Positions 38,369 through 47,919 are shown, numbered from the stretch's first letter. The stretch: 64,000 nt of DNA from an uncultured Acidobacteriota bacterium (GCA_963789815.1 CAWBMG010000011.1:63128-127127), one strand, 5' to 3'. Numbers and translations: made by a program. Notes: a model not told the origin generated them from the letters alone.

Positions 38369-39556
38369 ATGCACGGCCACCGGGTTGGCCTGGCGCTTGC
38401 GGCGCTGCTGGCACTTGTGATGCTCGCAGGCGCGCGCGGAGAAGCGCACAAGCCAATCACCTCGCCTTACACATACAACGAAGACGTTTTCCCGATTCTT
38501 CGCGAGCGATGCAGCCGATGCCATGTGCCTGGAGGCGTCGGCCCAATGTCACTCGTGACCCATCAGGACACAGTGCCATGGAGCGAGTCGATTCGCATCG
38601 AGCTCATGGCGGGGCACATGCCGCCGTGGGGGGTGGACGCGTCATCGAAGAAGCTTCGGCACTCGCAGGCTCTGACCGCTCGTGAGTTGAACGTCCTTCT
38701 GACGTGGGCTAGTGGGGGCACACCCATCGGCTCTCCCGACACGACACTCGCAACGACCGAGCTCGAGCGAGGCTGGCGGCTTGGGCTGCCAGACGCCGTG
38801 ATCACGCTGCCCGAGTTCGCAATGGCTGCCGACATGCAGGAAGGTACCGCAGAGGTCACTCTTGCGGCTGGCGCAACGGAGCCTCGTTGGCTGCGCGCCG
38901 TGGATCTGTTACCAGGCACGGCGGCAATTGTTCGCAGCGCAAGGATTGTCGTGAAGTCGGCAGCATCCGAGGCACGGAACGACACAGCCGCTGAAACAGT
39001 GCTCGCCGTATGGGTACCTGGCGACGACGCGGTCGCGCTCGAGAATGGAGCGGCGTTTCGACTTCCTGCCGGGGCCGAGCTCGTGGTCTCGATGCGTTAC
39101 AAGAAGACCTGGGAGTACGAACGGTCCGCGATGACCGACCAGAGCCGCATCGGTCTCTATTTCGCGCCGGCGCCCGCGAGCGCAGTGCGCGCGGTAGGGC
39201 TGACTGCCGCTTCCGCGCCCGCCGGACAAACGGTTTCGTTCAAGCACGCGATTGACGAGGACCTGAAGGCTCTGGCGATATACCCCGATGTGATGCCTGC
39301 AAATGTGAGCGCAACGGTCGACGCCGTTCGGCCAGATGGCTCCCGGGAGCAGTTGATCGCGTTTCGCACCCAGCGCGGTTGGACTCGCCGCTTCTGGTTT
39401 GCGCAACCAGTGACGCTTACCCGCGGCACGAGCATCAACATTCGCGCAACGCTGGACAGCCCGTCTCAGGCAATCTCGAACAGCACGACTGCTTCGACGC
39501 CCGCGGCGTCAACCGACATTCGCTTCACGCTCAACGTCGTCCCGGTAACACCGTAG
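38369..39556 (+). CDS. hypothetical secreted protein with CxxCH-like motif (PSCyt1-like N-terminal region)
   Basis: Signal peptide, then ILRERCSRCHVPGGVGPMSL. The remainder is beta-rich. Confidence 0.45.
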   Translation: MHGHRVGLALAALLALVMLAGARGEAHKPITSPYTYNEDVFPILRERCSRCHVPGGVGPMSLVTHQDTVPWSESIRIELMAGHMPPWGVDASSKKLRHSQALTARELNVLLTWASGGTPIGSPDTTLATTELERGWRLGLPDAVITLPEFAMAADMQEGTAEVTLAAGATEPRWLRAVDLLPGTAAIVRSARIVVKSAASEARNDTAAETVLAVWVPGDDAVALENGAAFRLPAGAELVVSMRYKKTWEYERSAMTDQSRIGLYFAPAPASAVRAVGLTAASAPAGQTVSFKHAIDEDLKALAIYPDVMPANVSATVDAVRPDGSREQLIAFRTQRGWTRRFWFAQPVTLTRGTSINIRATLDSPSQAISNSTTASTPAASTDIRFTLNVVPVTP

Positions 39557-39612
39557 CGCGCCGACTTCAGCCTGCGCGGCCCATCCTTTGACGCGGTGGC
39601 TAAAGCCACCGC
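39557..39612. repeat. REP-like hairpin(s) related to 11671-11727
   Basis: GCGGTGGC-TAAA-GCCACCGC is a perfect stem (39593-39612). A degenerate ...TTCAGCCTGCGCGGC copy lies upstream. Located between convergent genes. Confidence 0.75.
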
Positions 39613-39613
39613 T

Positions 39614-40469
39614 CTACTTAAAAAGAGCGCGAACGGCCTCGATCTGGGCGACATCCGCCGTCTCACCCAACTTCATCGGCGTGACCGAGACCCACCCATT
39701 CCCCACCGCCCAGATATCCGTTCCCTGCGGCGCGTCTCCACCTTCCTTGAACACGTTCCAATAGACCGTGCGCCCCGATGGATGCTTGGTCTCCGGGAAG
39801 CTCTCTTCGCCCCCGCGTTGCATCGCCTGCGTTGTGACCAGGTAGCCCTTGTATCCTCCCGCCGGTCTGGGCGGAACGTTCACGTTGAGAAACGTATTCG
39901 GCGGCAGGCCGTACTGCTTCACGCGACGCGCGACCCCGAGCACCTCTTCGGCGGCGCTGATGTACCTCACTCCGGGGCGCCGCTTCGGCCAGGGAGGCGG
40001 CGATTGCGGGCACGCCGTGGATCGCGGCTTCGCGGGCCGCCCCGACTGTGCCGGAGAGATATCCGGAGTAGCCAAGGTTGTACACACTGTTGATGCCCGA
40101 CACCACGAGGTCTGGCCTCGGCCGGACGATGTTGCGAATGGCGACGTTCACGGTACTCGCGGGCGTGGCGGTCAGGCCGATTGCCTTGAGGCCGTTCGGC
40201 AGTGTCACATCCTCTCTGAAAATCGGCTGACTCGTCACGATGGAGTGCCCGGCACCGCTCTGATTCACCGCAGGAGCCACGATGATCACATCACCGATCG
40301 CTTGAAGGATCTGGGCCACCGCCGCGATCCCCGGGGCATTGACGCCGTCGTCGTTGCTGACAAGGATGCGGTAGGGCGGCGGCTGTGGTCGGAACTGCTG
40401 CGAGCCGGCGCTGGGAAGCTGGTACAGGGCGACGAACAGAGTCAGTACGGTGACGACGGATTTAGTCAT
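39614..40469 (-). CDS. surE: 5'/3'-nucleotidase SurE, apparent 1-nt insertion in a homopolymer at 39974-39977
   Basis: ILVSNDDGVNAPGI and GINSVYNLGYSGYLSGTVGAAREA in frame A. The C-terminal half (YISAAEEVLGVARR...VSVTPMKL) is in ORF 39614..40087. Removing one C restores AAPGVRYIS. Confidence 0.8.
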
Positions 40470-40539
40470 GTGATTGGGTACGGAGGGGCGCGGCATCTCA
40501 GGAGAGCGTAGCCCAGAACGGGCGCGGGCGAGGGAGAAA

Positions 40540-40887
40540 CTACGAACGAAAGCCGGAGGCCGAGGATGGGAAATGCGAACGCCCTGACACCACCCTGTAT
40601 AGCGCCCAGCCGAACAGCGCAAAGAGCACAATTGGCAGCGCCGGGGCCAGCAGCGCGAGGAGGCCCGCGACGAGCGCACCGATGAGAACGACGCCGAGGA
40701 TCAGCATCACGAACGGAGCGACCACAAGGCCGATGAGCATCCCGCCCAGTCCAAAAAGCATTTTGAAGAGCAGGCGGAATGGAAGCAGCACGAGCCACAC
40801 CAACGAAACGACGGCGAAAATCGGGATGGCGACCAGGCCGCCGACGGCGAGGGCCGTGAATGCGCAGATGATGAGGAACGTCAGCAT
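40540..40887 (-). CDS. small integral membrane protein
   Basis: 115 aa, almost entirely hydrophobic (3-4 predicted helices). Confidence 0.45.
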   Translation of the reverse strand: MLTFLIICAFTALAVGGLVAIPIFAVVSLVWLVLLPFRLLFKMLFGLGGMLIGLVVAPFVMLILGVVLIGALVAGLLALLAPALPIVLFALFGWALYRVVSGRSHFPSSASGFRS

Positions 40888-40962
40888 CTGAACCGTAACT
40901 ACGGCCAGATGCCGACGAAGGTTCCTTCAGTATCTTTGTCTGCGAGCTTCAGGCGGAAAGAA

Positions 40963-41256
40963 CTACCGAGGCTCGGACGACCGGGTTGTGCTTGGAACCT
41001 CGTACAGCACGAGGTTCCGGCGCACTTCCTCCATGGCCACACGCTCGGACTTGTGCGGTTGTGTCCAGTGGGTTTTCGCGCCAGGGTCGTCGTCGTTGTC
41101 GAGCCGAGGCGAAGCGCCGCGCCGCAGCTGCTTGGCACGCATCGCTGCGACGTCCACAAAAAGGAACCGGCTCTCGATCGGCGGGGCTTTTGGGCGCGGG
41201 CCGGATTCGATGATGGCGTCGCCCCCGGAATCCAGGTCGTCATTGATATCAGCCAT
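40963..41256 (-). CDS. rpoZ: DNA-directed RNA polymerase subunit omega
   Basis: ESRFLFVDVAAMRAKQLRRGASPRL...KSERVAMEEV matches the RpoZ core pattern. Confidence 0.6.
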   Translation of the reverse strand: MADINDDLDSGGDAIIESGPRPKAPPIESRFLFVDVAAMRAKQLRRGASPRLDNDDDPGAKTHWTQPHKSERVAMEEVRRNLVLYEVPSTTRSSEPR

Positions 41257-41285
41257 GGCTAACCAAAAAGCCTACCATGAGAAAC

Positions 41286-41342
41286 GGGTTCTTAGGTTCT
41301 TGGGGGCTTGGGTTCTTGGGTGCTCAACGCACCCAAGAACCC
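41286..41342. terminator. GGTTCTTGG-word element ending in a perfect 13-bp hairpin
   Basis: GGGTTCTTGGGTG (41310-41322), loop CTCAACG, CACCCAAGAACCC (41330-41342). Lies 10 nt past the hsp20 stop. There is no U-tract. Confidence 0.6.
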
Positions 41343-41352
41343 GCCGTCACTC

Positions 41353-41799
41353 TTACGCGGCGACTTGCACGTTGATTGTTCTGGGCTTTGACTCCTCGCG
41401 AAACGGCAGCTTCACCGTCAGCACGCCATTACGATAGTCAGCACTCACCTTCGAGGCATCCACCGTGGTCGGCAGCGTGAACGAACGGTTGAACGTGCCG
41501 TAGCGCCGCTCGTTGCGGCGGAACTGGTCCTCTGCCACGTCGCTCGGCACCTTCTTCGTCCCGCGCAACGTGAGCGTGTTGTGCTCCACGGTCACCTCGA
41601 TGTCCTCGCGCGACATATCTGGCAGTTCGGCCTTGATCACGAGGTCGTGGTCGCCAGTCTCGTAGATGTCCACCGGCGGCACCCACTGGCCGGGCTTTGC
41701 CACGCTCTCATCCCAGCGATAGACGTCACCAAAGAGTCTGTGCATCTCATCCCCCAGTCTAGACAGATCGCGAAACGGATCAATACGGGTCATAGTCAT
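41353..41799 (-). CDS. Hsp20/alpha-crystallin family small heat-shock protein
   Basis: Alpha-crystallin domain PPVDIYETGDHDLVIKAELPDM...YGTFNRSFTLP. Confidence 0.85.
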   Translation of the reverse strand: MTMTRIDPFRDLSRLGDEMHRLFGDVYRWDESVAKPGQWVPPVDIYETGDHDLVIKAELPDMSREDIEVTVEHNTLTLRGTKKVPSDVAEDQFRRNERRYGTFNRSFTLPTTVDASKVSADYRNGVLTVKLPFREESKPRTINVQVAA

Positions 41800-41819
41800 G
41801 GTCTCTCCTTGCGTCTCGC

Positions 41820-43691
41820 TTACGCGTCGACGACTTCTCCTTCTTTCACGTCATCTCGAGCATCGGTTCCCGTGCCCTGAGACGGGCCCGACGCCTGCTG
41901 CTTGTAGAGCTGCTCTGCCATCGCGTGTGACTGCTTCTGCAGTGCCTCGCTAGCGCGGTGAATCGCTGCGACGTCGTCGCGCTGCGCGGCCTCACGCAAC
42001 GCCGTGACGGCGCCTTCGACCTGCGCCACGACGGCTGCAGGCAGTCGGTCGCGACTCTCGTTCACCGTCTTCTCGACGGAATACGCGAGCGCGTCGGCCT
42101 GGTTCCGTGCCTCGATTAGATCGCGCCTCGATTTGTCCTCAGCCGAGTGCGCCTCCGCGTCCTTCACCATGCGCGAGACCTCGTCCTTGCTGAGGCCCGA
42201 GGAGCCGCTGACGGTGATCTTCTGCTCCTTGCCGGTCGCCATGTCCTTGGCCGCCACGTTCACAATCCCGTTCGCATCGATGTCGAACGAGACCTCGATT
42301 TGTGGGACACCGCGTGGAGCCGGCGGCAAGCCGACCAACTGGAAACGGCCCAGCGTGCGGTTGTCGCGCGCCATCTGCCGTTCGCCCTGCAGAATGTGAA
42401 CTTCCACGCTCGTCTGGTTGTCCGTCGCCGTCGAGAACACTTCGCTCTTGCGCGTCGGAATCGTCGTATTCCTCTGGATGAGCGTCGTCATCACGCCACC
42501 GAGCGTTTCGAGACCCAGAGAGAGCGGCGTCACGTCGAGCAGGAGCACGTCCTTGACCTCGCCCTTCAACACGCCACCCTGAATCGCCGCGCCGACCGCA
42601 ACGACCTCGTCCGGATTCACCCCCTTGTGCGGTTCGCGGCCGAAGTAGTCCTTCACCAACTGCTGAATCTTCGGCACGCGAGTCGATCCGCCGACCAGGA
42701 CCACCTCGTCGATATCCGACGGCGAGAGACCCGCATCCGACAGCGCCTTGCCGACAGGCTCCATCGCGCGCTGCAAGAGGTCATCGACGAGCTGCTCGAA
42801 CTTCGCGCGCGTCAGCTTCATCTGCAGGTGCTTGGGACCGCTCTGATCGGCGGTGATGAACGGAAGGTTGACGTCCGTTTCGGTCACGGTCGAGAGCTCC
42901 ACCTTCGCCTTCTCTGCCGCTTCCTTCAACCGCTGCAAGGCCATCCGGTCCTTGCTCAGGTCCACGCCGTCGGTTTTCCGAAACTCCGCGACGATCCAGT
43001 CGATGATCCGCTGATCCAGATCGTCTCCGCCCAGATGGGTGTCGCCGTTGGTCGCCTTGACCTCGACAACGCCGTCGCCCACCTCGAGGATCGAGATGTC
43101 GAACGTGCCGCCGCCGAAGTCGTACACGGCGATGGTTTCGTCCTTCTTCTTGTCGAGGCCGTAGGCGAGCGCGGCCGCAGTCGGCTCGTTGACGATGCGG
43201 AGAACGTTGAGACCGGCGATGCTGCCGGCATCCTTGGTGGCCTGGCGCTGCGCATCATTGAAATACGCGGGAACCGTGATGACGGCGTCGGTCACCTTCT
43301 CGCCGAGAAAGTCTTCTGCAGCGGTCTTGAGCTTCTGCAGGATCATCGCGGAGATCTCGGGCGGCGAGTACTTCTTCCCGCGCACTTCGACCCACGCGTC
43401 CCCGTTGTCCGCCTTCACGACGTGATACGGCACGCGGGCGGCTTCCGCCGTCACCTCACCGTGCTTCCGTCCCATGAACCGCTTGATCGAGAAGACCGTG
43501 TTCTCGGGGTTGGTGACAGCCTGTCGCTTGGCGACCTGACCCACCGGCCGATCGCCGTCTTTGGCGAACCCCACGACCGACGGAGTCGTCCGTCCCCCCT
43601 CTTGATTCACGAGAACCGCCGGCTCCCCGGCTTCCATCACGGCCACAACCGAGTTGGTCGTACCAAGGTCGATTCCAATCACTTTGCTCAT
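41820..43691 (-). CDS. dnaK: molecular chaperone DnaK
   Basis: [22 protein letters not shown] and the full Hsp70 sequence. ATG at 43689-43691; the ORF-track start at 43772 is an extension. Confidence 0.95.
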   Translation of the reverse strand: MSKVIGIDLGTTNSVVAVMEAGEPAVLVNQEGGRTTPSVVGFAKDGDRPVGQVAKRQAVTNPENTVFSIKRFMGRKHGEVTAEAARVPYHVVKADNGDAWVEVRGKKYSPPEISAMILQKLKTAAEDFLGEKVTDAVITVPAYFNDAQRQATKDAGSIAGLNVLRIVNEPTAAALAYGLDKKKDETIAVYDFGGGTFDISILEVGDGVVEVKATNGDTHLGGDDLDQRIIDWIVAEFRKTDGVDLSKDRMALQRLKEAAEKAKVELSTVTETDVNLPFITADQSGPKHLQMKLTRAKFEQLVDDLLQRAMEPVGKALSDAGLSPSDIDEVVLVGGSTRVPKIQQLVKDYFGREPHKGVNPDEVVAVGAAIQGGVLKGEVKDVLLLDVTPLSLGLETLGGVMTTLIQRNTTIPTRKSEVFSTATDNQTSVEVHILQGERQMARDNRTLGRFQLVGLPPAPRGVPQIEVSFDIDANGIVNVAAKDMATGKEQKITVSGSSGLSKDEVSRMVKDAEAHSAEDKSRRDLIEARNQADALAYSVEKTVNESRDRLPAAVVAQVEGAVTALREAAQRDDVAAIHRASEALQKQSHAMAEQLYKQQASGPSQGTGTDARDDVKEGEVVDA

Positions 43692-43743
43692 ATTCAGGCT
43701 CCGATCCGTGGCTGGAGTCTTCTTGAATTCCAGCGCTTGACGA

Positions 43744-43772
43744 ATAATAAAGCATAGATGATTGTGTGTCAA
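43744..43772 (-). promoter_or_regulatory. sigma70-like promoter for dnaK (TTGACA-17 nt-TATTAT)
   Basis: On the minus strand, -35 TTGACA is at 43767-43772 and -10 TATTAT at 43744-43749, with an exact 17-nt spacer, inside the only AT-rich island nearby. GGAG lies ~10 nt before the ATG. Confidence 0.55.
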
Positions 43773-43810
43773 GCATATTATCTTAGTGTTTACAACTCAT
43801 ATAGTGAGTA

Positions 43811-43900
43811 GGGGGAAGGGGAGGGGCGGTCACAGGGACTGTTCCCCGCGACAGCCCTTTCCCCTGCCCCCTTTCCCCTGCCCCCTTCCCCCTCGCTCCC
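43811..43900. repeat. GGGGGAAG-family hairpin element (short G arm, long C arm)
   Basis: GGGGGAAGGGGAGGGGC at 43811-43827. CCCTTTCCCCTGCCCCCTTTCCCCTGCCCCCTTCCCCCTCGCTCCC at 43856-43900. Confidence 0.85.
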
Positions 43901-43922
43901 TTGTGAGATCATCAGACCCACC

Positions 43923-44387
43923 TTGCCCCACTTCCCCTTCGTTCCCTCTGGTGAGTCCCGAGAGCTCGCCGAAGACATCCACGAGCTGTTCGACGATCTG
44001 GCGGCCAACCTTCACCCCGACCAGCGCGCCGCCTCCGGCGAATGCCGACCAGCGCTCGACGTCTTCGAGAATTCCGACAACGTTGAGATCGTCATGGATC
44101 TGTGTGGCATCCGTGCCGAGGCGGTGCGGATTCTTTTTCGCGCCGGTGTCGTAGTCGTTGTCGGCGAGAAGGCGCCGAGTCGGGTGACGTCGGACCAGAC
44201 GTTCCACCTCGTCGAGCGTGAATTCGGGCGCTTTTCGCGCGCGGTGCGCGTCGCCGGCGCCTTTGACGTCACGAGTGCGCATGCGACGCTGCAGAACGGC
44301 GAGCTCATCATCGTTCTACCAAAACTTCTCGACAGGCGCGGCCGCGCGTATCACGTTCAAGTCGCCTCGGGTCAACAGTCGGCATGA
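43923..44387 (+). CDS. Hsp20 family small heat-shock protein (second copy)
   Basis: PALDVFENSDNVEIVMDLCGI...FGRFSRAVRV...NGELIIVLPK. The start is uncertain: a TTG at 43923 inside C-rich words. Confidence 0.65.
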   Translation: MPHFPFVPSGESRELAEDIHELFDDLAANLHPDQRAASGECRPALDVFENSDNVEIVMDLCGIRAEAVRILFRAGVVVVVGEKAPSRVTSDQTFHLVEREFGRFSRAVRVAGAFDVTSAHATLQNGELIIVLPKLLDRRGRAYHVQVASGQQSA

Positions 44388-45214
44388 GGATCCTCTTCAT
44401 TGGCGACATCGTCGGGCGTCCTGGACGCGAGTTGATTCGGAAGGGCTTGCGCGGTCTCGTGGAGCACTACAGTGTTGACTTTGTCATCGCGAATGCGGAG
44501 AACTCCGCGGCGGGGTTTGGCATCACGAAAGACATCGGCGACACGATCCTCGAGTGGGGTGTGGACGTGATGACGTCCGGCAATCACGTTTGGGACAAGA
44601 GAGAGGCGATCGACTACATCGCGTCGGAACCGCGACTCCTCCGGCCCGCGAACTATCCGGCCGGCGTTCCCGGCCGTGGCTCCTATGTGGCCCAGTCGGG
44701 CGATGGCCGCGCCGTAGGCGTTATCAATGCAATGGGCCGGGTTTTCATGCTGAATATCGACGACCCATTCGCAGTTGTGCTGCGCGAGATTGAGGCGATC
44801 CGCCACCGAACGCGCGTCATCATCGTGGACTTCCACGCCGAGGCGACGAGCGAAAAGATCGCCATGGGGTGGCACCTCGATGGCAAAGTGACGTTGGTCG
44901 TTGGCACCCACACTCACGTCCAAACTGCCGACGAGCAGATTCTCCCGAAGGGCACGGCGTACCTCACCGACGCCGGCATGACCGGACCGCACGACTCGAT
45001 CATCGGCATGGAGAAGGAACCCTCGCTCGCTCGCTTCCTCACCGCCATGCCGTCGAAGTTCGAGCCAGCGACCGGAAATCCTCGACTGAACGGCGTCATG
45101 GTCGACGCGGATGAAAAGACGGGGCGTGCGGCCGGAATCACTCGCATCAGCTATTCCGAGAGTGACCTCCTGAAGCTCGGGTCAGCCGTGGAAACAGGCC
45201 ACGCTGCGCGATGA
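44384..45214 (+). CDS. ymdB: YmdB-family metallophosphoesterase (2',3'-cyclic-nucleotide phosphodiesterase, TIGR00282-like)
   Basis: MRILFIGDIVGRPGR...NAENSAAGFGIT...GNHVWD. ATGA overlap with the hsp20 stop. Confidence 0.8.
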   Translation: MRILFIGDIVGRPGRELIRKGLRGLVEHYSVDFVIANAENSAAGFGITKDIGDTILEWGVDVMTSGNHVWDKREAIDYIASEPRLLRPANYPAGVPGRGSYVAQSGDGRAVGVINAMGRVFMLNIDDPFAVVLREIEAIRHRTRVIIVDFHAEATSEKIAMGWHLDGKVTLVVGTHTHVQTADEQILPKGTAYLTDAGMTGPHDSIIGMEKEPSLARFLTAMPSKFEPATGNPRLNGVMVDADEKTGRAAGITRISYSESDLLKLGSAVETGHAAR

Positions 45215-46611
45215 CCACGCTGTTTGACCTTCCGTTCGAAGAGCCCGAACCCGAGAGCGAACAGCCTGCCGGGCCACGTGCGCGACGAATTCTCTCGGTC
45301 TCGGAGCTCACTGGCCACATTCGCGCCCTCCTCGAGGAAGCCTTTTTCGAAATCTGGGTGGAGGGCGAACTATCGAACTGTCGCGTCTGGAATACCGGCC
45401 ACATGTATTTCACGCTCAAGGACGCCGGGGCGCAGATCAAAGGTGTGATGTTTCGCTCTTCGCTGCGCCTCCTGCGCTTCAAGCCGCAGGATGGCCTACG
45501 GGTGGTCGCGCGCGCTCGCGTCAGCGTGTACGACCCGAAGGGCGAGTATCAGATCATCTGCGAGCATCTCGAGCCGGAGGGTCTAGGGGCGCTGCAGCTT
45601 GCCTTCGATCAGGTCAAGCAGCGTCTGGCTGCCGAAGGGCTCTTCGACGCTCGGCGCAAGCGTTCACTCCCGGTGCTTCCCCGAAAGATTGGTGTCGTGA
45701 CGTCTCTCGACGGGGCAGCGGTGCGGGACATCATCAAAGTCCTGCGACGACGGTACGTGAACGCGCATATCGTGATCCGGCCGACGCGCGTGCAAGGCGA
45801 GGGCGCCGCACTCGATATCGCCAGGGGGCTCGCCGCGATCGGCAAGGTCCCAGGTGTGGACGTGGTGATCGTTGGGCGCGGCGGGGGATCGATCGAAGAC
45901 CTTTGGGCGTTCAATGAGGAAGTCGTGGCCAGGGCGATCGCCGGGTGCCCGGTCCCAACCATCTCGGCGATCGGACACGAGACCGACGTCACGGTCGCCG
46001 ACTTTGTATCGGACTTGCGCGCACCCACCCCGTCCGCTGCTGCGGAGATGGTGGTATCGCGCAAAGACGAGGTTTCCGCGCGGATCGATCGGCTCTCCCA
46101 TCGCCGAGACACGGCGATGGCGTCGCGTGTCCATCGACTCGAGGCGCGCGTGCGCAGTTTGGAAGCGCGGCCGGGCTACGCCGGCGTGCGGGGCCGGGTC
46201 GCCATGCGTGGACGCCATGCAGCGGACCTCACCCATGAGTTGCGACGGGCCTTGCGCACACACCTCTCGCGCCGGGAGCGCTCGTATCAGTCGCTGCGCT
46301 TGTCGCTCGAGACGTTCGACCTCCGCCGCCGGCTTGGCAGAATCCACACGAAGCTTGTCGCGGCAGACGCGGGGCTGAGCGCAGCGATCACCCGCCGGCG
46401 CCATGTGCTCGATGCACAACTCGGGACTGCGGCCGCTCGACTCGGCAGCCTCAGTCCACTTGCGGTACTCGCGCGCGGCTATGCCGTCTGTTGGAATACC
46501 GACCGAACGGCTGTCCTCCGCGATGCCTCGAAGGTGACCGTCGGCGAGCCCGTCCGCGTCACATTGGAGCACGGCGAACTGAGGTGCGAGGTCACGGAGC
46601 GGAGTGAATAG
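45211..46611 (+). CDS. xseA: exodeoxyribonuclease VII large subunit
   Basis: SVSELTGHIRALLE..., GEYQI, GRGGGSIEDLWAFN. ATGA overlap with ymdB. Confidence 0.9.
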   Translation: MTTLFDLPFEEPEPESEQPAGPRARRILSVSELTGHIRALLEEAFFEIWVEGELSNCRVWNTGHMYFTLKDAGAQIKGVMFRSSLRLLRFKPQDGLRVVARARVSVYDPKGEYQIICEHLEPEGLGALQLAFDQVKQRLAAEGLFDARRKRSLPVLPRKIGVVTSLDGAAVRDIIKVLRRRYVNAHIVIRPTRVQGEGAALDIARGLAAIGKVPGVDVVIVGRGGGSIEDLWAFNEEVVARAIAGCPVPTISAIGHETDVTVADFVSDLRAPTPSAAAEMVVSRKDEVSARIDRLSHRRDTAMASRVHRLEARVRSLEARPGYAGVRGRVAMRGRHAADLTHELRRALRTHLSRRERSYQSLRLSLETFDLRRRLGRIHTKLVAADAGLSAAITRRRHVLDAQLGTAAARLGSLSPLAVLARGYAVCWNTDRTAVLRDASKVTVGEPVRVTLEHGELRCEVTERSE

Positions 46612-46681
46612 GCGAGACACTTCCAACTCCCCAACGTACCTACTGCATACTGTCTACTGCTGACGCGCGCCGCTGACTGAC

Positions 46682-46939
46682 ATGGATCCAACCATCAAGG
46701 ACTTCGAAGCCGCCATCGCTGAGCTCGAGACGATCGTCAAAAAACTCGAAGAGGGCGACTTGGCCCTTGAAGCGTCGCTGCAGCTGTACGAACGTGGCGT
46801 GCACCTCTCGCGGTTCTGTCACACGCGCCTTGAAGAAGCGGAGCGCCGCATCGAGGTGCTGAACGAACGAGGTCAGCTCCGGCCCGCGCCAGACTCTCTC
46901 GGCGCCGACGAGGAAGGCGGCGCTGGCGGCGACCGATGA
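46682..46939 (+). CDS. xseB: exodeoxyribonuclease VII small subunit
   Basis: FEAAIAELETIVKKLEEGDLALEASLQLYERG. Confidence 0.9.
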   Translation: MDPTIKDFEAAIAELETIVKKLEEGDLALEASLQLYERGVHLSRFCHTRLEEAERRIEVLNERGQLRPAPDSLGADEEGGAGGDR

Positions 46940-47864
46940 GGGCTGCGGACGCCATCGCGGAGTACGTACGGGCTCGTCGCGCCGAGATCGAACAGGCTCT
47001 CGACACCTTCTTCCCGTACCGCCCGAGTGCCCCAGCCAGGTCGCCGACGCCATGAAATACAGCCTGACGGCCGGCGGCAAGCGCGTGCGCCCGATCCTGT
47101 GCCTCGCCAGCGCGGAAGCAGTAGGCGGCGACCCTACCGTGGCGATGCCAACCGCGTGCGCCATCGAACTCATCCACACATACTCGCTCATCCACGACGA
47201 CCTGCCGGCGATGGACAACGACTCCATGAGACGCGGCCGACCGACTCTCCATGTCGTCGCGGGCGAGGGCATGGCTATTCTTGCCGGTGACGGCTTGCTG
47301 ACCGAAGCGTTCAACCTGCTCGCGCGGCTCCCTCTTGGCGGCTCCCCGGATCTCGCCGCCCGAAAACTACGCGTCATCGAGACTGTGGCGTCCGCGGCTG
47401 GACCGATCGGCATGGTGGGCGGACAGGCCATCGACCTGGCCTGTGTGGCGCCGAATCGCACCGGCACCGCGTGGCCTCCTCTCGATGAACACGGCCTCGC
47501 GACGATGCATGCGAAGAAGACGGGTGCGTTGATTCGCGCCTCTGCGGTAGCGGGGGCGATCATGGGTGGCGGCGACGACCGGCAGATCGACGCGATCGAT
47601 CGCGTCGCGGCGGAGCTCGGGTTGGCTTTCCAAATCGTGGACGACATTCTCGACGTCGAAGGCGCCTCGGCGGATCTTGGAAAGACGCCTGGAAAGGATG
47701 CCGCCGCTGGCAAGCCCACGTATCCAGCGCTCTATGGCCTCGAGACGTCGCGCCGCATGGCGAACGAGTGCCTCGACCGCGCTGAATCGATTCTTCGGAG
47801 CGCCGGACTGGCCGAGTCTCGACTGCTCGGCATCGGACAGTGGATTGTGAGGCGATCGAACTAG
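46936..47864 (+). CDS. ispA: polyprenyl (farnesyl/geranylgeranyl) diphosphate synthase, apparent 1-nt deletion near 47002-47022
   Basis: DDLPAMDNDSMRRG (FARM) and QIVDDILD (SARM) motifs. The expected N-terminus MRAADAIAEYVRARRAEIEQALDTFF starts at the ATG overlapping the xseB stop, but it is in another frame from ...QVADAMKYSLTAGGKRVRP. Confidence 0.75.
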
Positions 47865-47919
47865 TGGGCCGTCAGCAGCGTGCGGTAGATCCCTGCTCAA
47901 GCCAGAAGCCGCTGGCGTA

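Noticed and set aside
42147-43757. 536-aa ORF on the plus strand
   Set aside because: It lies entirely antisense to dnaK and has an Arg/His/Leu-rich composition typical of shadow ORFs in GC-rich DNA. No recognisable motif.
43692-43810. CIRCE (HrcA) or HAIR (HspR) operator upstream of dnaK
   Set aside because: Neither consensus is present within one or two mismatches in the region I read. Only an unrelated CTTGAC...GTCAAG palindrome is seen.
43811-43925. RNA thermometer controlling the second hsp20
   Set aside because: The hairpin arms do not obviously pair with a Shine-Dalgarno sequence, and the start codon itself is uncertain. The idea is attractive but unsupported by the sequence alone.
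8460-47864. Programmed ribosomal frameshifting as the explanation for the eight interrupted genes
   Set aside because: I saw no shared slippery heptamer or stimulatory structure at the junctions. The events hit unrelated genes in both +1 and -1 senses, and none of these families is known to use recoding.
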